In this document: in pieces, positions 49,167 through 62,420 of the stretch | Position numbering within the stretch: the first letter of the stretch is position 1 | Layout: each line of letters starts with the position of its first letter | NCBI GenBank assembly: GCA_016748015.1 | Contig: JAAOMT010000003.1 | Location: forward strand, 996,373-1,060,372 | From: Geosiphon pyriformis uo1 | Taxonomy: Eukaryota; Fungi; Glomeromycota | Direction: 5' to 3' | Length of the DNA stretch: 64,000 nt | Program-made: the position numbers and the translations under genes | The notes under the pieces: model-generated | What the model was told of the DNA's origin: nothing | What the model saw: only the letters and a program-made list of their open reading frames with translations | The model's database searches: none

Positions 49167-52100
49167 TGATACAATCTCAAATCAAACAACTCTATCAACA
49201 TCCACCGAAAGATATTCTCAGATTATTGGTGATCAAACAATATCTACACCACCAACACCAGTTGAAGGGCGATCAAGACCTTCATCACTTGCCCAAAGAT
49301 CATCTTCATGGCCTTACCTTATAACTTCTGGAAAAGAAGAAGAGTCAATGTTAATCGGTGAAAGAGATATTGATACCACAAATTCACATTCACGTAGCAT
49401 TAGACAAAATCGAACTCATCATACAAAAAGTTCTACTGTTGATTTTACTTTACCATCACCCGAGAAAGTAACCCCACTAGCTCGAAATTTCAGTATTTCC
49501 AATGCGCGAAGACATGATAGTCTTCGTAAAGCAGCACATCGTTTAAGTGTGATGATAACAGGGGTTAAAGATGAAGAGGAAAAAAGAGCTATTAAACTCA
49601 CACCTAATTCTAAAGATCAACAGATCGATCCCAGGACAGGTTTTCCATTTATCCGGAATTCAATCACCACCGCTCGTTATAGTTTTTGGAATTTTTTACC
49701 CAGACAACTGGCAGCTCAATTCTCAAAGGTTGCAAACTTATATTTTTTGTTCGTCGCTGGAATACAAATGGTACCCGGATGGTCACCGACCGGTCAGTTT
49801 ACCACCATCATACCATTGAGTATTTTCATCTCGATCGCAATGGCACATGAAGCTTTTGATGACTTAAGAAGACACCGACAAGATACCGTAGAGAACAATA
49901 AAGAATGCTCTGTTTTACGTGTTTATCGAAACAATGATTCCACAGGACAATATTTAGGGGTTTGGGTTACAAAAAAGTGGAAAGAATTAAAAGTCGGTGA
50001 TTATGTTCGTGTTCAGGCGCAAGAATGGATACCCGCAGATTTTTTATTATTACATTCAGGGGGTGAGGATGGTATTTGTTACGTGGAAACTGCCGCCTTG
50101 GATGGTGAGACGAATTTAAAGCAGAAACAAGCTTTACCACAGACCAACAATATATTAGCGACTCCAGAGGCATTAGCGAATTTTCGAGGTATTCAAACAA
50201 AAAATTGTCATTGAATTTATTCATGTATCCCCGCTCTAATTAAATTGATAAATTTTCTAGCTACGATAAATACAGAAAATCCAAATCAAGATTTATATAA
50301 CTTTGATGGTTCAATAGAATTACCTGATGGATCAAATTCCCCTTTAACGACAAACCAAGTGTTACTTCGAGGTACAATTCTTCGTAATACGCCCGAAGTC
50401 TTTGGGATGGTGATATTCAGCGGTGAAGAGACAAAGTTAAGAATGAATGCCTCGAAAAATATTCGAACAAAAGCTCCAGCAATTCAGCGAATGATCAATC
50501 GTGTGGTCATTATTATTTTTAGCTTTGTTATATTATTGGCTGGCTCTTTCACCTTGTTGGCGTATATCTGGGAAAGGCGATACGGGCAAAAAGCCTGGTA
50601 CCTGACTCATAACAAAGACATGGCAGCTGCATTATTTGGATACGTGGTCTTATTCAATACAATGATTCCGATATCACTCTACGTCACAATGGAAATCATT
50701 AAGCTTGCCCAGATCTTTTTTCTAAATCACGATCTTGAAATGTATCACGCAGCTTCAGATACTCCGGCGGAAGCTCGTACTTCAACCATTAACGAAGATT
50801 TAGGTCAAGTGACCTATTTGTTCTCTGATAAAACAGGTACTCTGACAGAAAACATCATGTTATTTCGAAAAATGAGCGTAGGAGGTCGTGCATTTCTACA
50901 CGATATGGATATTCGAAGAATCGAAGAAGATGAATTCTTTCAAAAGATGAAAAGGGCCCAACAGAAAAAGAGACAAAACAGATTCTCATTCAGAAGAGGA
51001 AATCGTTCTCGAACACAGGAAGATTCTGAGATGTCAGAAATTTCAAAAGATTCCCTTAACAGACGTGAATCTACACGTAGTGGTCACTTTTCAATGATTG
51101 CTCCAGCCACAGATACAAAGTCTCAATTATATTCCCACAATTCCTTATCATCATCAAGATCCCTAAAAGGAGGCAAGCACCGAATCAATTCTACCCTTGA
51201 CTTGTTAACTATAATTCAACATCAAAGTCATACTCCTTTTGGTCAACGTGCTAGATGGTTCCTTCTAGCTATCGCTTTATGTCACACTTGTGTCCCGGAA
51301 TTCGATCAAGAAACTCAAGATTTTTTCTATCAAGCTGCGTCCCCTGATGAATTCGCCTTGGTCACGGCTGCTAAGGAGCTTGGATACGTGGTAACAGATC
51401 GTAACATGGGATCTGTCTCATTGCGTATCAATAACGGCGGAACGGCTGGATTAATAGAATCTAACGTCGACACAACCAACTATGACACTTATGAAATTCT
51501 AAATGTGATAGAATTTTCTAGTAAACGAAAGCGAATGTCCATCATTTATCGACTGCCCGATAAAAGGATTTGTCTGTTATGTAAAGGTGCTGATTCCGTC
51601 ATTTTGGAACGTTTAAAATCCCCGAAAAAGAACAGTAAACGAGGGTTTCATTCAAAATCCAAGGACAAATATGACATTGAAGATCATAAATCCTATGAAG
51701 CGAGACTATTGTCTAATAAAGGTAAAGGTTTGGAAATCGACTTGAGCTCTGAGCTTTTTCGTGCTTCAATCGAGCGTAAACGTTCTAGTGCTACGGTTGA
51801 ACCTGAAGACGATAAATTTGATTCTGAGCTAATGGACGACCTTTTTCCGATTGCCGATGATACTTGGCTCTACAGTCAGACAATGTATCATATTCAAGAT
51901 TTTGCGACCGAAGGTCTTCGTACCTTACTTTTCGCTCATCGTTACTTGCACGAGGAAGAATATGCTGAATGGAATAAAAATTTCCAAGACGCATCTTGCG
52001 CCATGGTAGATCGACAAAAGAAACTTGAGGAAATAGCAGAGGAAATTGAGTGTGATCTTGAGATGACTGGTGCGACGGCAATCGAAGATAAATTGCAAGA

Positions 52101-53901
52101 TGGTGTACCAGAAACAATTTATAAATTACGACAAGCCGGTATCAGGGTATGGATGTTGACGGGTGATAAACGCGAAACGGCCATTAATATTGGCTACTCA
52201 TGTTCTTTGATCAAAGATGAATCTAGTACCATCATAATCATTGATTCCGAAGGTGACATAAATCTACGTTTGCGCACTGCCTTGAAAGATATTCAGAATC
52301 GCAAGGCAGTTCATCCCGTAGCAGTCTTAGATGGGGCTACATTAATGATCGTTGAAAAAGATACAGAGCTAATGGAAGTATTTATCGAATTGGCGATATT
52401 ATGTGATGCTGTAATTTGCTGTCGTGTGAGTCCAAGTCAAAAGGCTCTAGTTGTAAGAAGTGTTCGCCAAAAACTGAAGAACGACGTAACTTTAGCCATC
52501 GGTGATGGAGCAAACGACATTGCGATGATTCAGGAAGCACATGTAGGCATCGGGATCACTGGCAGAGAAGGTCTTCAAGCGGCAAGATCTAGTGATTATT
52601 CAATAGCACAATTCCGTTTCCTTACTCATTTACTCTTTATTCACGGAAGATGGTCATATGTTCGTGTTTCCAAATTTGTGTTAGGCACATTTTACAAATG
52701 CATGTGCTTTTATCTAACGCAAGGACTTTTTCAATTCTTCACGGGATTCTCCGGCACAAGCTTATATGAACAATGGACTCTTTCATTTTATAATACATTA
52801 TTTTCTTCGTTACCAGTTATTGTGATTGGAATGTTTGAAAAAGATTTAAAACGAAAGACGCTGATTGGTGTCCCTCAATTATATTCTTTGGGACAAAATT
52901 GCGCTGCTTTCAACCTGAAACAATTCTTTTCTTGGATGGGTGCGGCAATATATCAAGCCTTCATCGTGCTTGCAATACCTTTTCTTTTGCACAGTTATGT
53001 TGATGGTTATGAGATTCGTAGCTTGGGCTCACCTCAACTATACGAAGTAGGATTACAAGTATACACATCAATTGTTTTCGTGGTCACTATAAAAATTGCG
53101 TACCTAGAATGTCATAACTGGACAATTATTACACATTTAACCTCGATCTTAACAATGCTTGGATGGTTCCTCTACCAAACCTTGTACTCGCTAATGTACC
53201 CACGAAGCATACAAGGATCCTCTTATGAAGTTCGCGGAACATTTCAACACGCTGGCGGACGTCCAGAATTTTGGGTGACAGTTTTCCTCACGGTTGCGAT
53301 TGCGCTTCTTCCTAATTACCTCGTTAAAATTATCAAAGCAATGACTCTCCCAACTGATGTCGACTATTATCAAGAACTAGAAAGAGATAAAAATTTCAAA
53401 AAACACCTAGATAATATGGAGAATGGTGGTGGTGAGATAAATATCCCTGAAGCTAATGATACCAACCGCAATGCTGGTGGTTCGTCTAAACAAACTGGTG
53501 CCCTTTTATCAAATGATCTTGATCGAAATAATTCGCTAAAAACCTCGAGCACGACTTCACATACAGTGGGTGAATCAACAATGTTAAACATAAAGTCAAT
53601 ACCAATAGCAAACCCTGAAACTACCTCATCTGCTCTCTCGTTATTGCCACTAGAGACTTATGCCGATGAGGAAAATTCTAGTCATATTCGGTTCATCCAA
53701 GGACAAAATAAGTTTAGCCCTTCCTCATCTTTTGTGGGAAGTTCTATTGAAATGACTTTAGTTGCCGAAGATGAGGAAAGAGAAATAGAAAAAGAGGAGG
53801 AAGAGAACCAAAACAATCACATATTATTAGAGCAGTCTCGTGGATTAATTCAAGAAGAGGCAAAAGAGGAAGTCACATATAAACCTTTTGTAAAGTCATA
53901 A
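49003..53901 (+). CDS. DNF3: P4-type ATPase phospholipid flippase, Dnf3-like; join(49003..50188,50261..53901), ~1608 aa
   Basis: DGET (A domain), PISLYV (TM4), DKTGT phosphorylation site, TGDK, CCRVSP, GDGAND. Dnf3-like segments QFSKVANLYF...PGWSPTGQFTTIIPL and SGTSLYEQWTLSFYNTLF. The 72-nt GT..CTAAT..AG intron 50189-50260 joins both track ORFs in frame. Family call is strong; the subfamily symbol is less certain. Confidence 0.9.
49018..49168 (+). repeat. (AAT/AAC/GAT)n coding microsatellite giving a poly-Asn/Asp N-terminal tract
   Basis: Trinucleotide runs in frame with the flippase start. Confidence 0.9.
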
Positions 53902-55905
53902 ATATCTGGTTACTTTTTGTATTATAATGAAAAATCAAAAATTTTAAAATGAAAATAAAATTTCCTTACATTAGCATCAAAAGTCGTCAGGTAAATTATG
54001 CGCGATGCAAATTAAATCCGAATCATTGGAATTTGATTGTGCAATTTTTTGCCCATGCATTTTTTACGAAACTATTTGCAGGCAATTAATTCCAATGAGA
54101 TTATCTTTGAGATGACCTGATATTGCCTACCTTGTTTTCAAATTTTAATCTTTGACGAGCTACGCTTGAATAAATAAAATAAACATAAAGGTGTCAAATG
54201 CCTTTTCTTGGAATTACATATAGAGAAAATTATAGCATTTATCAGATATGAATATTTTTTATTTAAAAAAAAAAAACTGAAATTTATTTTCAAGATCTAT
54301 TAATTATCTTATAAGTTAATTAAGTAATGACCAATTTTGTAAAAATTAATTTTATTTTTCATATTTTAAACTTTAAAAAAAATTTTAATTGTGAAATTTA
54401 TTTCTTATTTGCAGAATTAATTTGTTTAATTTAAATATAATTTAAAATTTCTTAAATTATTTGAATGTTTTAAATTAATTATAACTTTTTAAATAGTAAG
54501 TTTAAAACATAAACCAAAAACAATTTTATCATTAAATGAAAATTTGTTAATTTAAAAACAATAAAATGTAATTAATATTTTTTGCAATAAATTAGTAATT
54601 TTAAAATAGTTAAAAATTTTAAATTTATAAAAAATAATTTAAATCTTTTTTTCTTCTTAATTTTATAATTATGACCAAAGCAAAAAGTAAAATAGTTTTA
54701 AATATTATTATTTTTATAGTAACTAATAAGATTTTAACAAAAAAAAGTTTTTTTATTATTAAAACAACTAAGCAAAATATTTTGGTAATATTTTTTTTAA
54801 ATAAAGATAGTAAAAAGCTGTTTTTAATAACTTTTACAGCATTTTTTTATCTTTAACTGCTAGTTTTTTTAGTTAAAGTTCTTTTTAAGAAACACATTTA
54901 GATCAAATTTAGTATTATTTTTATCTCTTTTAAGAATTTTAAAATTTTTAATAATAAATTAGTTAATAAGCTGGTTTTTTTGCTTTTATTATTATTATTA
55001 TTACTACTATTTTATAAATAGTCAAAAAACCTAAAAACTTTAAAAAACAGTAGTAATTACTTGTATCTATTATTGTTATATTGAATTTTTGAGATAAAAT
55101 CTTAAATAAAATTTTTTAATAGCAATTAGCTTTTTTTAAATATAAATAATAACAATAATAATATGTTTTTTAAAATAAATTAAGATTAACTATTGGCTAT
55201 ATTATCAAATATAATGTTTTTTAACAAATTATCATTAATTTCTAAAGTAAAACAATTTATTAAATTATTTAATCTTAAAAATTAGGCTAATTAAATAAAA
55301 ACCAATACAATTTTTTTTTGTTTTTTAAATCTGTTTTTAATAGTATTTAGAAAACTATTTTCAGTTGTTAAAAATTTTTTAAATAAATAATTTCTACTTT
55401 AATGTTTAATACTACTTTTAAAATTAAATTAATCTTGGTAAATTTTTTGTTTTATTTGCTGTCTGGTTTTGTTAAACTTAAATCAATTTTAAAAAATAAT
55501 ATTAAGTTATTCTATATGAATTTTGCTTTTAAAACTTTTTTGGTTGCTGTTATTTAAGTTTTTATTAATAGTTTTTTTTTTAATTATATTTAAATTTGCA
55601 AAATTTTTTGTAATTACTTTTGGTTTTTTTTTTCCATTTTTGTTGTACTTTATAATATTTTTTTTAACATATTTTTTGATAATATTAAAAATGTTTTTGG
55701 TGTTTTTAATGTTGTTGCTTTAGTTAAATTAAAATCTGCTAATTTATAGTAATATATTGTTGTAAAAAAAAAACTTCTTTCTCTCCTTCATCCCAAATTT
55801 CTGAAAAAGAGTTAAAATTTTAAAAGAAGTTTTTCTGTTTTTTATATACTGTCTTCCACTATTTCACAAGAAACAAACCTTTTTGTTGTCGGTCCAGCTG
55901 CCATT

Positions 55906-57738
55906 ATGAGTGGTCCTAGTGTTAAGAGAAGATCAACCAGAGTTTTGACCACTGGTTTGGTTGGTGGTGATTCAGGTCATAAAATCAAGAAACCTTCTGG
56001 TGGTGCTAAGCTTTCAAGTGGTGATACAACTCTCGAAAATGGTGGGTCTGGTCATGTGGTCGGGTAGTTTAATGGCATGGATACTGATGGAGAAGCTTCC
56101 GAAAGTGAGGAAGTATCTGATTCTAAGATGAATATGCCTTAAGCCAAGTATTTCAATAATGGTGCGACTGTTGGCTCCCTTTTCGGCTCTATTAATTATG
56201 ACATAAATGATAAGGAGAAAGTTTCTCTTCCTCCCCATTTGTCTTTCTTTCTAAAAAAGGTGTGGGTGGATCCCAAAATTGTTAAGTCTCAAGTGGAAGT
56301 TGCTGTGAAGAAATCATTTGCTTTGGACATCAATCTATCTACTGTGGGGGGAAATCAGTGATAGCCAAGACTCAAGTTATTAGGAAATTATTTTCAACAA
56401 TCAATGGTTTTGGGGGAGCCACTACCTCCTCAAAATTTGAAGTGATCATCTGATCAATGTTTACCTCATCAGAAAGCATGGAGAAAGCCATGTCATTGGC
56501 CAGAGAAAATAACATCATAGTAAACAGTGATCTTAAGAAACAAGGAATTCACTCAGATTGGGCTGTAGTAATCAAGGAAATTCCCATGAACACGCCAAAG
56601 GAAATAATCGTCGCCACAGTATCTGAGTTTGGTCAAGTAGTGTCGATCCGAGTGCAACTCATTGGGCTGTAGCAAAAGGCTGTGGTAGAGTTCGAGTCAG
56701 GCAGATCAGTTGGCAGCTAAGTGGTCGTTCTTAATCAGGAAGGATTCGGTGCATGTAGTCAAGACTGTGGAGGATCATGAGACATGGGCATCTAGAGATT
56801 GGTATAAGGTGCTTTTTTTTACTTTACCAGTGAGAACAACGGCTTATAATCTTGGTGATCTCTTGGCAGGAGCTGGTGGGAAAACTTGTGTCATAAATCA
56901 GTCTTTGGACACTGGCAATAGAGTTTGTTGTACTGTGGTTTGTTTTGAGAATGATGAGGTATTGGAGTCTGCATTTCATACAGAGCCTATTTTTGGTGGA
57001 ATGAAACTTTCTTGGGCTAGATTGGACCTTGTTTGGTGTGAATGATGTGGGAAACTTGGTCATTCTGTTCTAGAGTGTGATGCTGAGATCTCAGCTTCTC
57101 CTAAACTGTCCAAGTTATTTAGAAGAGTTGTTTCTGATGAGAACTGCCTCCAATTGGCCAAGCTGTATATGAAAAAGTGTGTGCCTATTTCTCGACTGGC
57201 TGCATTTGATGGCAAATCTTGGGCCCAGGTTGTCTCTTTGGTATCTTCATCTGATGGTTCTCACCCCAGTTCTGATTCTGGTTTTGGCTCTTCTTTTGGT
57301 GCCTCAGGTGTGGTTGGTCACTTGTCTTCTGTGGTTTCTATTAATTCATTTTTGGAAATTCATCTCACTTCTTTGGAGCATTCTTTGGAACTTCTCACAG
57401 ATAAGGTGTCAGGTATTGTAAACAAACTTGACAATTTAAACCTGGTGCCCATGGCTCTTATCTCTTCTTCTCAGCCCTCGGTTATCCCTGTTACGGCAAA
57501 TGTGGAATTTGGTTTGGATATGGTCCTGGATGATCCTAAGCCTGTGGCTCTTCCTTTCTTTTTGGTTTCCTCTGGTGTCTCTAATTTGGGTTCGAATAGT
57601 TCAAAAATTTTGACTTCAAAAATGGGCTGTTTGGAGTCAAAGTTGATGGCTCTCGAAGCTTTGGTTTGTTCAGTTTTGGAGAAGTTAGATCAGATGTGTG
57701 CTGGCTCGGGTTCTGCAGTCTCTTCTTTATTTCAATGA
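55906..57738 (+). pseudogene. LINE ORF1 of copy 6, disrupted
   Basis: Closely parallels copy 1 ORF1; CE*CGKLGHSVLEC knuckle; GKSWAQV. Confidence 0.83.
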
Positions 57739-60700
57739 GCAGTTTGGTTTGGAGAATTACAACATGTAATATAAGAGGTGTGAACATTCCTGCCAAACAG
57801 GACAATGTAGTTAGATGGCATGTAGATTCTGGTAATGACATTTCTATTATTACAGAGACAAAGTTGAAATCTGGAATTAAGCCGTGGATCATAAATAGGT
57901 TCTTTGGTGTTCACATTTTTACATCAGGTCTTAATATGGGTTCTTCTGGTGCTGGTGTGGCTGTTATTATAAACTCTTCAGTGACTCAGCATATTTCAAA
58001 GATTGATGAGATTCCTGATCAGTTGATTTCGATTTGGCTCTTGTTTAAGGGCAAACTTTCAGTTACAATCTTGGGTATCTATGCAGGTGTATCTGCTAGT
58101 GTGTGTTTTGGTCAGGCTTTTGCTGTCAACTCCATAATTGCTAGCACTATCAACTCAAGCTCTTTTGTCATCTTGGGTGAGGACTTCAATGAATCAGATA
58201 CCAAGAAAAGTGCTAATCTCAGAAAATGTGCAAATCTGGGTCTTGTTAACTCTTTCAAAGGACACTTTTTGGCTAGTTCACCTACATGGAGCAACTTCAG
58301 AGATGTGAAAAAAGTTATTGATTATATCTTTGTCAATGAAAACTTAGTTTTTGCTCTGATGAAGTGGGATATTGGCACAGTTTCAGAGTTTTTTGACACA
58401 AATCATAAAATGATTTCAGTTTCAATTGGGCTGGGGGGTCTTTTTGATGCTTAGCTAAACAGTATTCGCAAACAGGCCAACAGAAACAGATGGAAATTTG
58501 ACTTTAAGGATGCTGACCCTTCCAAATGGTTATGGTTTAAGGATAATATGTCTGCTGTTTTGTCCTTGGTCATAGATAGTTTTTTGAGTGCTAAGGTTCT
58601 TGATAACTTGGATGAGATGTGGGATGTGTTGTGTGAAGTTATGGTGAGAGCTGCTGATACTATGTTTTCTAGGTGCTGGTTTAGCAAATTTGACTGTTCA
58701 AAGAACAGACATTCATCGAGGTTCCTTGGACTTGAATTGTTGGTGGCTAAGGTCATCAAGAGTTTGAATACAGGTAATAAGCATAAATGTGATCACTTAA
58801 TCAAGAGATGGTTTCTGGTCGATTGTAAAGAGGCTTTCAAGTTTGATTTCTTGGTTCAAAATGGAGCTGATTCAGTGGAGGTGTTCAAGCATCTGTCTCA
58901 GGTTAGAAAGTGTTATAGAAAGTCTAAGTATCATGAATCTAGAGTGGCTAGGAATACAGCAATCCGGAGTGCTATCAATAAACACATAGAGAATTTCAGT
59001 TCTAATAAGGGTGGCATGATTAGGAGTGTTTTGGAATGGTCTTTTTGTAAAGTTGTGTTGGACCACTTGGTTATAGGCGATAAACTGGTTTTGGATCCAA
59101 TTGAGGTGAAAAGCAGGGTTGACAATATTATGGTTAACTGAACAAGAGAGCATATATTATCTTCAGTGATGCCCTCCAGGTGGGCCCACCAATATGCACC
59201 TTTGGATTATGTGAAAGATGATGCCTTCTTTGATGTCATGAATGACATCCATTTCAATGAATTGGTGAATGTGATTTTGGATCTACCTGATAGCAAAGCA
59301 GCTGGCCTGTCTGGTATCTCTAATGAGCTATGGAAACATTGTAGTGATGATATGCTTGGGTGTTTGTTAGGTCTCTTGAATTCTTGCCTAAATACCAATG
59401 AGATTCCAGTCCTTTGGAAAAGTGCTTGGGTTTCTATGATTCCCAAATCATATAAATAGGATGGCATTCTTATGAATACAAGGCCCATTGTATTAATTGA
59501 GACAGCCAGAAAAATACTCTCTAAATTATTGTCTGACTGTATCTCTTCGGCCTGTTTCAGATTTGATGTTCTCCAGAGTGACAATTTCTCAGTCTTGAAG
59601 GGTATGTCTACTCAATCTCTGGTTTTTGCTATTGGTTCAATCATAGAAGATGCTCTGGAAAAAAATAGAGAGGTTTGGTTGGTGTTGCAGGATATGCATA
59701 AGACCTATAATTCCGTTGGTTGGCAGCAATTGGAGGCCAGTTTGAAGTAGATCAAAATGTGTGACAAATTTGTGTCGTTTTTCAGGAACTTACATGTAGG
59801 CAGGGTTAATAGGGTGATGACTGATTTTAGTCTTTCGGATGGATACAGTGTGTTGGATGGTTTAGATCAAGGGGAGGTTTTCTCTCCTCTCTTGTGAAGG
59901 ATTTTTTATGACCCTTTGTTGTGCAAGATTAAAGATCATGAACATTTGTATGGTTACAGAATCAATACCAACTTTGTAGTAAAATTTGGCAAAATTAAGT
60001 CTGGTGGTGGTCGGTCTTCATTCTTGGCGGCAGGTGCATTTGTGGATGATACTATCTGGATTGGTAATGGTCAAGCATCGACACAATGTATCTTGGATAT
60101 TGTGGGCAAATTTTTTGAGGTCAATGATATTGCAATTAACAGTGAAAAGACTGTGGCGATTCTTATCAACAAAAAAGTTTTGGCTGCATCTCTGCATATT
60201 AATGGATTATCTATCTCTATCACTAAACAGGGTGAGGCTCATAGATATCTGGGCATTTTTTTGTCAACAAACGGGTTGTTTAAACCCAGTTTAGCCAAAG
60301 CTCAGTCAGATGTCAGGTTCTTTTCCAATATGGTTCTCAGGAAGGCTTTAACAGACAAACAATTTGTGTACTTGGTGTCTTCGGTTTTGCAACCCATTGT
60401 CAGTTATCGCACACAATTCAGCTTTGTTTTTAAGAGTGTCTGCTTAAAATGGGATGTTATGCTAAAGAAGGGTCTCAAATCTAAAGCAAATTTGCTTTGA
60501 GATTTTCCCAGTGAGGCTTTGCATCATCCCTTCTTTTATAGCATAAAGACTTTTGAACAGATCCAGGCTGAAGGAAAGGTGGCTTCATTGGTTTGGTTCT
60601 CAAATACGCTTGGTATTCTGGGACATTTGTTTGAACACCATTTTTTAGATCTACAGATATTAGGGTGGGCTTCATTAAACCCCTTGCAACATTCTGTGAA

Positions 60701-62420
60701 GTTAAGGGTTAGTTCCTCTAACAATTTTTTCACTGGTGTAGTTAGAATTTTTTTGGACAATGATATATGCCTGGCCAACAATTTGCCTTGTGCTTTTTGT
60801 GGTGCTGGTCGCTTCTCTGTATTAACAATCTTGGGTAGCTCTTTTTATTTTGGTGTGGTCCCTTCTTTAAAGTGTTTTGGTGTTGCCTTTGATAACAGGT
60901 TATTAGGCAAGGATGGATCAATTCTGAGTTGGAGGACTTTTTGCTACTAGAAGAGACTAAATTCCAGGAGTCCTGTACCCTTGTGGTACTCCAAAGTTTC
61001 TGCGTACATGAATGGTCATCATTTCATTCCTAGTGGTCTATCCACAGTCTCTGGTGGTTCAAGCTTTTCTAATTCGGAAAGATATTTGGTTGTTTGAGAA
61101 CATTTGCATGAATCTTGGTTTGATGCTTTCGCAGTGTATACTAATGGTTCTCTGTCTCATTTGGGTACTGCAAAGGTTGCAGGTGGGGCTGCAGCTTATT
61201 TTCCTGATGCTAGTATGGGTATTGGTGTTGAGGTCAGTGGGTTGTTTTTTTCTACTATGGCTGAGCTTTACGCTGTTGCTCTGGCACTGGAATGTGTTCC
61301 TTTTTTGTGTTCAGTTGTTATTAACACTGATAGTCAGGCTGCTATTGATGCATGTGTTTCAGAATTGAGTTTGATTGCTTCAGATTTCAGGAACAAGTGT
61401 TGGGTGGAGAGGCATTATATTTGCAAGTTGATTGAGAATAAGGACCTTTCTGTTAAGTGGGTGAAGGTAAAGAGCCATTCAGGTGATGTTCACAATGACA
61501 AGACCAATGCTTTGGCTGAACATGCTGCTCATTCCGATTTGTTTCTTCCTATGAGTGTTCGGAAAAGGTATGTCATGGCTTGTGGTCAGGTTGTTTTAGG
61601 CAATGCTCGACATTTTGTTTGGGATATTTATAGGTCTATTTGTCGTGCTCAATAGGAGGCTGGTCCTGGCTCTGTAGTGATTGATAAGGAGTTGATTGTG
61701 AGAGTTGATTGGAAGTGCACTGCATCAGTTTGGCATCCGAACTCTCACATGCTGTCGGGCTTTATAAGCCAAGCTTTAACTGTTCTCCATACCTACTTAA
61801 TGAAAGTGGTCCATAAGAAGTTGCCAGTTGCTGTTCGTAAAAGATTGTATGATAAATGTTATCCTGGGGTTCTCTGTTTAATGTGTGGTGATGTTGAATT
61901 GTCAGATCATATATTTACTTGTCAAAGTGAGGCAGCTGTGCATACTGATATTTTGTTGGGCAGGATTGCTTTGTGAAAGTCATTGCTAGTGAGCTGCTCT
62001 CTGGCGTTCTTTCCTATGTTGCGTACTCTGCTTGCTGGTTATCATGATTCAGGAGCATATATGCAACTGTGTAAAGGCTTCGTACTGAGAGATTGGGTCA
62101 ATGAAGCTATAGTGCATTTCAAGGATCGTAATCGGGCTTTTTTGGTGGTGGCTGATTTTGTTTAACATCTGGTAAAAAAACACCGGTGTGGTTTGTGGTT
62201 GACCAGGGCTAAGTTTAAAGTAGACATGGAACGTTGTGAGTTGGTTTGTGCTTCAGAAATTCCCGTTGGTTTTTCAGCTGATTCTATTAAACATTTGTCT
62301 GGTGGAGTTGTTCATTTTTTTGGGATTGATGAGGCGTTTGCTATCAGTTTTGGTTTGCATAAGGCTAGCTTTTTTTTTTCTGGTATTTGTGATAATGTCA
62401 AAGTTTACGTAGGTGTGTAG
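57735..62420 (+). pseudogene. LINE ORF2 of copy 6 (APE-RT-RNase H-CCHC), disrupted
   Basis: CNIRG, GEDFN, IDYIF, RPIVLIE, GLDQGEVFSPLL, AFVDDTIW, VYTNGS, TDSQAA, KVKSHSG..HN, CLMC..ELSDHIFTC. Confidence 0.92.

Noticed and set aside
48857-49324. Poly-Tyr/Cys and poly-Ile ORFs
   Set aside because: Alternative frames and strand of the (AAT)n tract in the flippase.
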